64,000 bases of DNA from Eukaryota sp. GEM-RC1 (lineage: Eukaryota), in assembly GCA_040285855.1 (NCBI GenBank), contig JAUFOQ010000003.1:2356001-2420000 (forward strand), written 5' to 3'. The notes beneath the pieces were generated by a model, which had not been told where the DNA came from, searched no databases, and saw only the letters and a program-made list of their open reading frames with translations. The position numbers and the translations under genes were made by a program. Of the stretch, positions 1 through 13,222 are shown piece after piece; position 1 is the first letter of the stretch, and every line of letters begins with the position of its first letter.

Positions 1-329
1 CAGAAACAGTGCCAGATATTTGTGGGTGCTCAGCATTTCAATAAAATCCGATGATTATGGTAAAGGTCAACAGCTATATACTACAAATATTGGTCTGCTG
101 TGCTTCTGAGACCGTCATTGTAGAATAACAGTTTCGGAACTCAACCAAATTGTTCTTCAAGTGTTACTACCAACTACTAGTATGCATTCCAGTCTTAAAA
201 TCTACGAAAAGAGTACATTGATGATATAAGCTACAAATCATAAAATTTAGTTCGTTTTATAATTTTTTTAGTGAATTTTTGTTTTATTGACAACATCACT
301 ACAGTGTACATACTAGTACCTCTAATAAT

Positions 330-1500
330 CAATATCCTCAAAGTCCAGATTGCCTATTTGGAAATTCTCAACTACCTTATCCTCATAATGTCTGCCAAGA
401 GATAACAAAGCGCTAGATACGGAAGTCACCATACCTTTACAGATATCAAACACGATTCGATTTTTCCTAAATCTAAGGTCAAAAATCCTAAATGATTTTT
501 TCTTTTACAATCTTCACAAAGATTTCAAGTAATGATGTTGCAGATTCACCTAAAGAACCGTACAGTGAAAATACAAAAGGGTACAACAAGTAATTCGAGT
601 ATGAAACGGAATTCGAAAAGCCAATGTGGGCAATCTGTAACACCTACACATTTATTGAATTGTAACCGTTTTATTTCTTTTTAGAAGTAAGGTTCATGAT
701 TCAGTAAGGGATCAATTATACTGTATGTGTAAATCTTATGGAATAGTTTCCTTTTTAGAACCAGTTCTGGCTGGTTTGTTTGATGATACAGATGTTGACA
801 AATCGTTTGGAAATAGCCGTGGTGATGTCATATTTCCTGGTCTTGATGGATCTTCATTATTGCTGATGTTATGTCTATCGAAGTTTGTAATGATTCCAAC
901 GAGAAACTTGCTAAATCTAATGCTAAAAACTCTTTGTTGATTGGTAAAAAATTCAAAATGCATTAATATTGTGCTAAATTGAAATTATTGAATTATGTGG
1001 AAGGTTATCAGGCCAAATATATGACCGTAAACGCATGTTTAATGACCAAGAGTTATTATCAAGAAGAAGACCGTAAACTTGAGGGATTTGAGTAATCAGA
1101 CAAGAAGCAGAGCTATTAGAAACATCCATTAAGAAATTTGCAAAAGCGGGATTTTTTTCCTTGACCATGCCAAGTCGAACATTATAATCCAAGCTTTCAA
1201 AAATATTTGTGAGTTTCTGTTGTAATTTTTGCAGACAGAACTGAAGTTTAGTCAAAGATCTTTCAGGTATTTCAGACACAGATTCTGGGAAACACTGAGA
1301 CCAAACGTCAAATGGTAATTTGATCAACGATTCGTTTAAGTCAAATAAATGTTTACATGAAATGGGGTTAATATGGGAAATAGAATTAGGAAATCGATTA
1401 ACAAATTCAAAAATGAAATTTGATCCCGCCCTAAAAAAGCAGATTTGCAAAGAATTGACGATTTGGTAAAACTAATGCCACCAATATGAGTAGAAGTAAA
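330..1500 (-). mobile_element. Degenerate CRE/SLACS-like non-LTR retrotransposon 3' part (zinc knuckle + restriction-like endonuclease), internally inverted at ~610-994
   Basis: Minus 974-1450 gives WSLNMRLR..WPDNLPHN. Plus 620-970 gives QCGQ..HLLNC..HDSVRDQL..RGD (Zn knuckle/REL). Minus 330-610 gives YPFVFSLYGSLG..NRIVF. Homologous to 48700-49920. Confidence 0.65.
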
Positions 1501-2249
1501 CTATAAAATTGTATTAATAGTTTTTATTAATTTGTTGTCTTCTTTTTGAGTGTTTTTCTCCGCACATAAATCTGCATTTTTAATCAGAATATAATGTACC
1601 CAACATTGAATACTAATGTGTAATACAGGTGTAAGAACTTTGTGGTGCGGTATGAGTATGCACAATCAGTCCACTCTTTGACGGAGCGAAATTCAGTTGC
1701 TTTTGACTATTGCAACAACACAAGAATTTACATCTTCCCGTGTTGTTTGTCTTCAAAAACGTACAACACCATCAGTAATATATTTATCTATTAATGTATT
1801 AAAGATTTGTGCTCTTGTGTCATCGCTATGTTATTTTACATTTCTTTGTACAATACATTTAGAACACTTGCCATCTGATTATGTCTATTTTAACATTTCA
1901 TTGTTCTCGACAGGTAACACAATACATGTTAAATAATTGTGGAATTTTGGTTGATCCGTTACACGCAAAAATCCGTTACCAATTTCAGTCTGAATGATGT
2001 GAAAGTGTCTTTGTTGGTTAAAGAATGAACGATAGCGTTTTAAAAGTCCCCCGCGATGTACAGTATCAGAAGGATGAATGTGTAAAAGAAATGAGCTGTT
2101 TATTGTTGAACTTGAGAATATTGGAACGTAAACACGTAATACGCCCTAACACGTGTTGACACATCTGAGGGTTGCTTTTGTAACGTGTTAGCTGTTAGCG
2201 TTCACTTTTATGATTCGAGACAAATAGATGTAAATAAAAACATCTTTTG

Positions 2250-2860
2250 CAACTTTTAGACATGTAATTAATTGCCCCAATTTTATTCAATTTCGCTCAG
2301 TTCTTCATAATGCTTTCAGAGATGTTACATTTGAAATGTTTAAGGCTCATGGATTTCATGCCAAAGTTGAACCTTATTTAGTAAGTTGGGTCTTGATTTA
2401 ATTAATAATTCTCGTCGAGGTGACTTACATGGTCCTTTTGTTGATTCTAGTCAAATTATCCTTGATGTTCAACAGTCGATCCATGTGCTCAAATTTATGT
2501 TAATGGCTTAAATTCAAAAGGTTTCGATCACCTAGAAACAGCTGAAAAACGTAAAATTGATTTGTATTCCAAAGATGTTGCTAAACGCAATCAAAATTTA
2601 TATTCAAAATTTGTATTTGTTCCATTTGCTATTTCTATTTTTGGTAGTATTGGTGAAATGGCTTCTAAGTTTTTAACTGATTTTGGATCTATGTGTAAGT
2701 CTGAGAATAAGAGATTTAACTTATCATTTTGGCAAAACCGTTTGGCTTTCTCTTTTTTAGCGTTCGGTGCGTAAGTTTTTGAAATCAATTTTCACAAAGT
2801 TGTATAAAAACTGTGGTACTGTTGACCAGGAATTTTCGATGTCTAGTGTTTCATAGCTTT
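2250..2860 (+). mobile_element. CRE-like non-LTR retrotransposon REL-domain remnant
   Basis: HVINC..H, RRGDL, AEKRK..FVPFAISIFG..FWQNRL motifs; near-identical copy at ~47650-47915. Confidence 0.6.
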
Positions 2861-5082
2861 AATTATAATATGTATTTTTGTACCGTCCATCAATAAACTG
2901 TCTTTTATCTCTTACAGATAGACAAAATCTAAAGACGTAAACAAAATTAACAACACTCTTCCATGATACGTTCTTGAACCGTCTGTTTATTGTATTCGAT
3001 TCCCATTTCCTGCAATAAATACTGCAACATTTAAACAAAAAAAGAATCTTAGATGATGCCGTTTTTGGTGATAATAAAATAATTGAAACACACTAACTGT
3101 TCATCACTGATGTCTACGACTTCATCATCATTAGTCTTCGCGCCCTATTCTTAATTTTTTCCATTTCACCGAAATTTTTTTCTGTTTCCGTTTCTTTTTT
3201 GTTTGTTTTTATTCTGATCAGCAGTATTAACTTCTTCTACGAATGACTTCATTATTAACTTTCATTACCACCAAAGTTATATGTTTTCTTGATTCCACTT
3301 TGGTACAAAGCACACAACTTTTCCTTCAGGTTTTGTGATCTTATGGTATTGCTTTTTCACAGAAGCTTTAGGCAATCTCCATAGCCGGCATTTTGAGAAG
3401 AAACAAATGATTCAATGTGTTAATTCCACATCTTTTAGACAATCAACAACTGCTTTTGACACCACTGTATTCTCTTATATCCATGTGTTTGACTGCTATC
3501 ACACTTATCATATTTGTTCAAATATTACAAGATCATGTAATACAGATTGCACTACTGAAATAGTCCAAAAGATATATTTTTCAGATATTTACTGGATTAT
3601 TAGAACGATCAATAGCTATTAGCTTACCTGGCTGTTGAGCCCAAATCATCAGTGAGATCACACATTTTGTACAAAAAGTGATGTAAACTGTGATGTGGTT
3701 CAAGAAAGGGTGTAGCCCATTTAATGCCCTTTTAGAAATTACTTCGTTACTGTACTTTTGAAAAGTTCCTTTTCTGCAATGCAGCAATCTTGAAATAAAT
3801 TTCGACTCCATTTGAGTATTTTCATTTTCCGAGCATGTGCTGTAATGAAGTGAGTTAATGCCGTTTCACTCTAAATCTCGTTTCATTTTTCACGATGAAA
3901 TTCGCTTGGTGGTTCATAATCTTATGAACTTGCGAACCTTACGATGTATATGAAAAACAACGATTAATTATCATACAATTTTCTAAGTGGAACCGTGTTG
4001 TCTTTGATTACATGCCATTGATTTCAGTTTCCAGAGCTTCTATTTTGATAAGAAAGGCGAATGAAATTAAGGTGGCACACAGATTTCAGATTGGAAATTT
4101 GGACCTTGATGATGTCGAGTGATAATCAAATATTAAGATTGAAAATAAACATTCCCAGGAGAAGACAGACGATTGAAACAAATTATAGACAATGGGTTCA
4201 CTTTACGGAAACCCAATTATATTAAATAATATCTGGTAGCCTACAGATTTTCACAGTTACCATCGTCTTAAATTCTACCGTTAAACATCGCTCAGGATAT
4301 CAAAATCGTGATTGTCACACTTATTCACATTTAGGGTAGGTCATTTGCTGACCACAACTTCCCAAACATGACATTATTACGTAAGAAGCTCAGCAATCGC
4401 TAGAAATCACCAATAGTTGAAACGTCTTCGAATCACAATGCGTTTAACGAGTGACTATGACGTAATATAACAATGACAAAGCGTCCAAAAACCCACAGAT
4501 TGGATTTCTAAACGATCAGATGATGCAGTAGCAATTTGAACTAGTGCTGTGTTTGACTAGTGAATGAACACTCAAAAAATAGTATTTGTAAATCCATTGA
4601 GAAGATTCATAAATAGGCTTTTTGTAAAATCGAATGCCATCGGTACGGATACAATAAATCGGTACGGTAAGTATGGTACGTACTAGAGATTTGCGCACAT
4701 TGCAACAGACTAACGTACTGTCGGTTTCCGATTTACAACCGATTGTTTTTGTTTCGGAAGGGTTAAACAAACGGGCAAACTGCTTTCACATAAGTCGGCT
4801 TGAAGAAGACTGTTAATATATTTTGTGTTGATAACGTGTTGGTTTGATTTGTTGTTAAGATATAAAAATGTACTTACACGATTTGACTATCCCTAGGACG
4901 AAAAAGAATTGGTAAGTACAGTACAAGTATTACTTTCCAAAGACCATGAAAAGTACAGCACACACAGTATATATATTTAGACATGATTGTAGACTTTCGA
5001 GAAAAAACTCGGTTCGCGAAAAGCAAGAACACAATTCCAGAAATGACTACCGTGTTTCTGAATAATGCGTAAGCGACAAACA

Positions 5083-6264
5083 TCACATCCTCTGCCCATT
5101 ACAGTAAAAATAGGCAGCGGCACCAGCGGCTACGGATTGATCAGGGTTTAGAGTTTTTCTTACTTTACCAGGAAACTTAAGTTCAAGCATTTCTTGAACC
5201 TTTCTTATACGAGAAGATCCTCCCACGAGTTGGACATAGTCAATAGTAGAAGATTGAAGACGGAGGTACTGAAGAAGTCTTTCGACTATAGACAAGCATT
5301 TGGCAACAAAAGGAGCACAAAGAGCATCAAATCGTTGTTTTGTCAACACGAATTCGAGATCCTCTCCAGAAGCAAAATTGTCAACATCGATATCAGCCGT
5401 TTCACAAGTTGCCATTAATTTCTTTGCCTCTTCAACTGCAAAACGCAGTGCTACTTTCTTCTTTGTGTTTGGCATGGAGTTGTTTTTAGCAGCCCAATAA
5501 TTCATAACATCTTCTACTATTGCTAGATTAATATTTGCCCCACCCAAGTTGGTAGAGCCATCAGTCCCTATTACGGTAACATCATCACTGTTAATATCTA
5601 CAATAGATACATCAAAAGTACCACCACCGAAATCAAACACGAGAACTCGCTTGCCCAGTGTTGAAGAATCTTCGTGTTTTAGAGATAGAGCAGCAGCAAT
5701 TGGTTCGCTGATAAGTCTGATTTCCTCAAAACCTGCTAGTTCAGCAGCACTCTTCGTTGCTTGACGCTGATGGTCATTGAAATAAGCAGGTACAGTGATG
5801 ACAGCCTTGGTGATGTTTTCCACCCCCAGTACTTTTTGGGCATTGTCTTTTATATAAGACAAGACTTTGGCACTGATTTCTTCGGGTCTGTATGTTTGGT
5901 CATTCACTTTAATTCCAGTGCATCCTGCAGGATATATCAGTTCTACGATATTGAAAGGGTATGTTTTCTTCATTTGTTGAACATCTTCATCATTAAAGCG
6001 ACTTCCAATGAAACGTTTGACTTCAAAGACAGTGTTTTCTGGATATTTTTTCATCGAAGCCAGAGCAGGGCTACCAACTACACATTTTGTTGGAGACCTG
6101 AAGGAAACGACCGATGGAACTAACAAGTTGTTTGATAAACAGTCGGGTAGAACTTCAGGGTTGTGCCATCCAAGACTGCCATCCGGGTTCCGTTTTTGGC
6201 GATAAACAGCAGCACAAGAGTTTGTTGTTCCAAGATCGATCCCAAGGACAATGGATGAAGACAT
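5083..6264 (-). CDS. Hsp70-family protein, nucleotide-binding domain only (393 aa)
   Basis: GIDLGTTNS, VITVPAYFND, DFGGGTFDVS, LVGGSSRI and NPDQSVAAGAA motifs; stop follows with no substrate-binding domain. Confidence 0.9.
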   Translation of the reverse strand: MSSSIVLGIDLGTTNSCAAVYRQKRNPDGSLGWHNPEVLPDCLSNNLLVPSVVSFRSPTKCVVGSPALASMKKYPENTVFEVKRFIGSRFNDEDVQQMKKTYPFNIVELIYPAGCTGIKVNDQTYRPEEISAKVLSYIKDNAQKVLGVENITKAVITVPAYFNDHQRQATKSAAELAGFEEIRLISEPIAAALSLKHEDSSTLGKRVLVFDFGGGTFDVSIVDINSDDVTVIGTDGSTNLGGANINLAIVEDVMNYWAAKNNSMPNTKKKVALRFAVEEAKKLMATCETADIDVDNFASGEDLEFVLTKQRFDALCAPFVAKCLSIVERLLQYLRLQSSTIDYVQLVGGSSRIRKVQEMLELKFPGKVRKTLNPDQSVAAGAAAYFYCNGQRM

Positions 6265-6411
6265 TTGAATTCCAATTTGACATGTTCAGTACAGTATTAT
6301 TGAAAGATGCAACATTATGTATACTAATATATTGCTACTACATGATGGAAACTGATAAAACAATGATAATGATGAAAACTATATCAGGCCCTCTCATAAG
6401 ATAATTTAAAA

Positions 6412-7432
6412 CAGGGATGCCGAAAAATATATTGTACAGTAGTGCAATACATTGTATATTGCAATACATATCGTAGGTGTCCCAATACAAGCAAGGTTCC
6501 AATACAATCAAGGCCCCAATACAAGCAAGTAAAAGTGTTTGCTTGTATTCTTCTCATACATTCATTCTGGCTGTCCAGCGAGTTGTACTTCTATACAAAG
6601 TTTATTAAGATGTATTACTCGATGGAGTTATTGTATTGTTTGACTTGTATAAATTCAGAAGGACAAAAGGGCGTATCAAAATCCAATTGGAAACAACAGG
6701 CAATAGCATCCCTGTCAATAGAACTTTGCTCATATACAGACAAATACATGTATTGTGTATTTGTAGAACAAATTCATATACTGTTATTAAAGCATGTGGA
6801 ATATTAATGTATTGTTTTATATTTTTGCTGCATTTATAATACAGTGTACAAGTAGCATTACGAAATAGGGCATGTGGTCCTGTAATATATTGAAAACAAA
6901 GATGTCGTCACTGCACCGTATGACTAGGTCCTCGAGAAAGGAGAAGAAGTAATGTTAGTGTAATGACTCATCAGGACTCAATTGTATAATAAATTCACTT
7001 TACTCTCTAACATGGTACCTAAGACCAACAGAATTGTTTCACAAATGAATAATGATTTGGAGTTTAAACAGATGCTCTGTTTTTGTATTGTAGTCTTTGT
7101 TTGTAGATTAAGCTCTCTTCATAAAAGGATTGACTTTGCTCTAAAATCTGTTTCATACAACAATAACTCTTTCTGCTTAACATATAATCAATAATCACAC
7201 TCAATTCACTTATTGGAACAAACAATGCTATCTGCCGCACGTCAATTTATTGACTCTGTAGAGTGTTGCAAATATTGCAATATATTGCAATATTTTTATT
7301 GCGACAATTGAAATTGGTGACAATATCAATATACTGTACTTGTAGTTATTGAAATATTCGCAAACCACAAAATATGTATTGTAATATTTAAAACGTACAA
7401 TATATATTGCAATATATTTTTCGGCATCCCTG
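6412..7432. mobile_element. hAT-type non-autonomous element (MITE)
   Basis: TIR CAGGGATGCCGAAAAATATATTG at both ends; perfect 8-bp TSD ATTTAAAA (6404-6411 / 7433-7440). Confidence 0.9.
6953..7030 (+). mobile_element. 78-bp LTR (3' LTR remnant with PPT) nested in the hAT MITE
   Basis: TGTTAGTG...CAACA, identical to 61357-61435 except one T; preceded by polypurine tract GAGAAAGGAGAAGAAG. Confidence 0.8.
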
Positions 7433-8067
7433 ATTTAAAATAATGTGAACATCCAAACGTGTCAAAAGAAAATGTGAAATAAATATAATTAAAACAAAAT
7501 AAAACCTAAATGAAAACAACATATTTTATTAGTACATGTACATCTACTAAAGAGGAGCCCTGAACTAAATATCTTTATGACTGTTATTAATGATGAAAAA
7601 TACAAATTTCCCTAGTAAATATTCATATTCACATTCATAAGCACCTACGGATGCTTCATCACACCAGCTTCCTCTTATAGGAACCAAAATAGTCTGTTGT
7701 TTGATCTACCTCGTATCACGTGCCCTTATAATTGGTACAGTATCACACCACTAAACGTGATGAATATAAGTTGACCATTGATCTTCAAGAAATCGTGAAG
7801 AAACACAGATGTATCAAGTGCAGAGTTTATTCGTAAAAGAGATTTGCAACTTGAATTAGGGGAAGTGTTTGAGAGAAAAATGATGTCATGTTCATAAATA
7901 TTTAATGAGACTAATACAAGTGCGAAATAATTAGTCTCAGTGAGACAATTTGCAATTACTCTCACTAAAAATTAGTCTCACTATGTGACCAGTGAAAATG
8001 ACGTACGGTATTAGTCTCAGTGAGACTAATTGCAATAATCGGTGTACTTTAATTTGATAGAATTGAA

Positions 8068-8909
8068 GAGTGTTACGAGAAACGTTTCTACGTTTCAGCG
8101 TTTCCACGTTTCCGAAACGTTTTCAATAAACATATCAGTATGGAAACGGCTTGGAAACGTAGAATACGTTTCGGAAACGTAAATTTTGGGTCTGGATTTA
8201 ACTTGTTTTTGTACCAAAGAAACTCATCAACTACTACAGATTGTGATACTGTGTGAGTGAGCACTGACGATAATACCCTTAAACTCAATTTCAAGCCACC
8301 AAGAAGGATATTGCCAATTTCGTCCTGTCGTTGAACTAAATCATCCGATACTTCTTCGTCTTCTTCAACTTCTATGACTAATGATAAATCCTAGAATTTT
8401 CTTTTCATTCGTCTACCGACTTTGACCATCTTTTTTAACGTGGTGTGAGCTGGATTGATTTATTCAATAACATTATTAATTTCTATAAAAATAACATGAC
8501 CACAATGTATCTTTAAAATTTGCAAAGTTGTAATACAACCGTATAACCTTGCACCATCAGGTGTAACAATGTTAAAGATCATTACATCCATCTAATACAA
8601 GGAAACATCCAGTTTGAAGAGGCCGTGCTCACAAGGTAATCAGTGGAGTCTTTTCGTCGGCCACTGGGAGAGAAAAGTGACGAATAGTCGTCGCTGTGTG
8701 CAATCTGAACGATTTCACCTTCATCAATGTCGTTGAGACATACTGCAAAACAGTGAGAGTGTTGATATTTTAGAAATTTTGGAAGAGAGAAATTGGATTT
8801 GGAAGAAATGAGAATTGTTCATATAAAAATGACGTTTTGGAAACGTGGAAACGTGGAAACGTTTCCGAAACGTTTCTAGACAAGTTTTGGTACGTTTCTC
8901 ATAACACTA
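8068..8909. mobile_element. hAT-type MITE
   Basis: TIR (T/G)AGTGTTAYGAGAAACG; 8-bp TSD GAATTGAA (8060-8067 / 8910-8917); subterminal GAAACG repeats. Confidence 0.85.
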
Positions 8910-8933
8910 GAATTGAAGAACTGTGCTTCTGCA

Positions 8934-11900
8934 ATGTCTGAATGTCAAAGTCCTAAAGATACACTCAGCGCCCTCATCCCTGCTTGCTCTCCTTACACAA
9001 AAGCCCCTCCCAGACCACGAATCACTGATAGGTCACCTTGTTTTTCCCCTACAAGACAATCCTCATCTCGCATATCTTCTTCTGTCACTGCTAAAGCACT
9101 CTTTGCGTCTCCTGAGGCTAAGAAAGTGTGCAAAAGACCTGATCCTGGCCCTCTCTCTCCTCAACGTCGGTTCTTCGACTCTATTTCTTTGCCTTCAATA
9201 CCACGACCAGAAACACCTGTCTCATCATCATCACAAGATTCAAAATCTGATGCCACATCACCAAGTGACACTGTCAAACTTGGTAAAAAACGTCGTTTGT
9301 TACTTTCTTGTCCTTCCTTTTCTTCCTTTGACACGTCGTCAACTTCCATTAGTAATGATCTATTACAGTTCACTACTGTTGAGTCTCTAGATTTTCATTG
9401 TATATTTCATGATAATTCTCTGTTTCAAATTCGTGAACTTGAAGGTACTGTCACCATCCAAGCTACTTCCTTCGAATCAGTCCTTCAAAGTGTTTGGAAC
9501 CATGACAGCTTTAAACCAGAACAAAAGGAAACTTTAGAAAGGATTCTCAATAGACAATCTTCAATGTTGTTTCTTCCAACTGGTCATGGTAAAACTCTTC
9601 CCTTACAATTCTTTGCTCTTTGTTCCAGACTTACAGGTCCTGTCATTGTAGTCTCACCATTACTAGCTCTCATCAATGACCAAGTAAAATCCCTTCCAAG
9701 TTGTCTCTTAGGATTAGGTGCTCATAATTACAAAGGAGTATCAGGAAGTGAGGCTTTTGTTAAGAGATTGGCTTTGTCTGATGTTATTTGGATATCACCT
9801 GAAAAGGCTGTTCTACCGTCTTTTAGGGAGGCTTTAATTAAAGCAACGGCATTGCGAAGATTACTTATTAAAGAATTGTGGAGTAATTTGTCAAAGTTTA
9901 TCGAGCAGAATTACCCACAAGAATTCCATCGTTTTTCTTCTTTTCCTGATGTTTCTACTTTGTCTCAACCTGCGTCTTTGTTAGTTATTGACGAAGTTCA
10001 TTGTTTTGGAACCTGGGGTAATAACTTTCGAAGTGATTTTTTAAAAATACCTGATTTTTGGAATTTTCTTGGGAATCCCACAGTCCTTGCACTTTCAGCT
10101 ACTTGTTCCTTTCAAACCAGATCAATTCTACAGTCAAAGTTCTCCATATCGTCCGATGCCATCTCCATGGCTGATAGAAAATCAAACCAAATTCTTTCAG
10201 TTTCTTGTGATAATCAGCAAGAATCAGCACTTCTTCGTCTCTTGACTTCCAAAAGACTTCAAGGGGAAAGTGATTGTCTTTGTGCCACGTCATGAGTTGG
10301 CTCTTGCCTTAAAGGAATCCATTTCTGGAAGTACTTCTCTCAGAGTTAAAGCATATCATTCTGGATTTAGTGGTACTGATAAAATTGCAGCTGAGAACAA
10401 GTTTAGAAATGGGCTTTTGGATGTGTTGGTGGCAACTTCTGCTTTTGGTATGGGTGTTGATATCCAGAATGTTGATCATGTTATACAATATTCAATTCCA
10501 AAATCAGTAGAAGATTTGTTACAGCAAATTGGTAGAGCTGGTCGTGGTGAAGGTCGAATCACATCACGTGCACACGTGTTTTTGAACCCAGATGACGTTA
10601 CCAGATCAGTTTCTTTGCTGTTTGATGATACATACTGTGAGGAGCAAATATTTGACCTCATCACGTGTTTGATTGAGGGAAATGAGAAATTTGATTGTAA
10701 ATGCATTTCTGATGTAGACTCTTTAAGTCTTTGTTCTGATTTGTCAATGGATGCCACCAATTCTGTTTTAACTTTAATGGAAAATTTAAATTTTCTTGAA
10801 TTTTTGGGTTTGGTCTGTGGTAAAATCAAGTTTCAGTTTAAAGATAATTATTACTCAGATTTGACTGAAATCGAGGCCAGTGTTGAAGATCCTTGGGGAC
10901 GTGCTTTAGTCAAACTACTGGACTCAAAAAAACGAAAGTCTCATAATAATTCCGATTTTTATTGTGATTTGAAGGACTTATACTTATCACTTAAGATTCC
11001 AATAGAATCTAAGAATGACGAAACAGAACCTAAGAATCCTGCTAAAAAGCACGAAAAAGCAGCTGAATTTGAGCCTTTCAAGGGATCTTTGGAAGATTTT
11101 CTTGAATTGATTGGGTATTTGGAGGAACGTAAAGTGATTTCAATCCATTCGAGGCCCAATTCTAAACTGTTTCGAGTAAATATGCCTACATTTGACGATT
11201 TGTCTGATGAACATAGCTTTAATGTTGAAGCTGAGAAAAGAAGATGGTCGAAAGCTATTGCATCGGAACTTCGAAGTTCCCGAGATTTGGACATTAAACG
11301 TTTTTGTCTACTTTATGAATATTTAAATTCCTTCAAATATCCTTCAATTGACCAGTTTGATGATTCTCTGTCCCGCAATTCCAATGAGCTACAATCTCTT
11401 TTTAATCGGTATTTTTCGTTGGAAGAACTACCAACATTAGACCAATGCCTATCAAAAATTGATTGCTTCTCCACTAGTGCAACTGAATTGACTCATCCAA
11501 TCAAAAACTTAATCAACTCCCATAAGAGTGATCTCAATATATCTGATTCAATCAATGCGACTGCTTCCCATTTACTTCCACCTGCCAAAGGAGCGATCTC
11601 TTTTGCAAAGATTCTACATGGTCGTCAAACTAGGCTGATTAATCCCCACTATTACAAGAACAACAGTTGCTCTCCTTGGGGAAAGTACTTTAGATACCGT
11701 TTCGATCAGATTGAAGCAACAGCTTTTAATCTTTTGACGGAGTTCGTCACATTGTCTGAACAAAAGAAACAAGAAGCTGCTAGACAAGTTAGAATTACAA
11801 GAAGTAAACATAATGAGAAAATTCAGAAGGAGAGCCAGAAACAATGTGGGAGATTTTCAAAAAGTAAAAGTAAAGAAAAATCAAAGATTCCTCAAGCAAA

Positions 11901-12021
11901 GGCCTTAAGTCAAGGTCAAAAGTCACGTGGTAAGAAGAATAACGAGGAACTAGATCCGAATGACCCTTTGCATTCCCCAGTTAACAATTTTTTTAAAAAA
12001 AGGAGATTATTGATTATTTAA
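8934..12021 (+). CDS. RECQL4: RecQ-family helicase, RECQL4-like (two ORFs joined by a frameshift near 10265)
   Basis: LPTGHGKT, SPLLALINDQ, DEVH, LSAT, ATSAFGMGVD and QQIGRAGR motifs; frameshift near GGGGAAA at ~10263. RecQ4 subfamily call is inferred. Confidence 0.85.
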
Positions 12022-12774
12022 ACTTTGAGCTATTTTTTTGAATCAACTTGTCCTAATGGAATCGTTATTTTCTACTTGATTACTGAGCTGATGACGTGTA
12101 GATGATTGAAGTCTATTGTTTGATGAAGAATGAACGAAACTTGCTATCATTTATGTTACTCAGATATGTACTTATCTTCTATGTGAAATTTAATTCAATT
12201 TAATATCACGTATTAGTATGTCTACTCCACAAATTACTGAATCGTTTTTAATACAACATGCTGCTTAGTTTTTTTCAAATTTTTCGAAGATGGTTTCAGA
12301 AATGATTGCCTGCTACAGTCAGTCTTTCACCATGTAATGTACCACTGATATAATTGCTTTTGCAAAAATTAATAACTAACAGACACTAACTACCAGTACA
12401 GTATCTAACTATGATCCTATATTTTTCCTTTTTCAGCCACTTCAATATCATTATTGATATGTGCTGAGTGATCGGGTGAGAAATCAGTTCCGCACTCGTG
12501 ACAGCCATCAAAAACATTTTTTATTATTCACATAGTATATTTCGAATAAAAGAGCCTTTTTATGCCCTATTTTTAGCTCATACAGTGTATGTATCAATTA
12601 GTCCAATTATTGGTCAAGTTAGTATAAAATACGAATGCAAACAAGAACTCAATATCAGTAACACAACATTGATTACCACTAACTTCCCCAAATTCACGTT
12701 TCTCACTGAAGTATTAAAAGTTAAAGGAGACTCTGAAAAATACCACTACATTGTACTAGTAGGATCTGCAAAAG

Positions 12775-13036
12775 TATAATGTGGCTGTGCATTTTTTCTT
12801 GTATTTTGCTATTTGCTCGATCTAATTCGTCTTGTGCGCATCAGTCACTATAAACAGCTGCAATGCAAAGAGTGGAAATTAATTTTGGAATAACATCTAG
12901 ATTGATCACCAATTGAAAAAACACAACAACTCTCATCACATCCAAACTAATTGCGGAAATAACACATTGAAATTGACCCCAGTATCACAACAGCAACACC
13001 ATTGGTTTTATTTTTCAAATCATATTATTTTAAATC
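12775..13036 (+). repeat. ~260-bp dispersed repeat, inverted copy at 18921-19176
   Basis: Long shared blocks such as CTCGATCTAATTCGTCTTGTGCGCATCAGT and CTATAAACAGCTGCAATGCAAAGAGTGGAAATTAATTTTGGAATAACAT. Confidence 0.9.
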
Positions 13037-13222
13037 TTACTCATGATTTTGAACCCCACAATTTGAGCAGCATTTATACTGTTATTCAGAGGATAGTTAA
13101 GTCAATACAGTACGGTTTACGTGTTGTACGGGATCCTCATTGCCTCAATTGATTCTTATGACAGTTGACAAATCGCCTTCACATTGTTGATTGATTTTTT
13201 TGAACACTTGAATAACAGTGCG

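Noticed and set aside
2900..4800. Short ORFs and possible transposase or Helitron/CACTA remnants (also 1560-2000 and 29630-29910)
   Set aside because: Too degenerate; no TIR/TSD pair or convincing motif set could be established.
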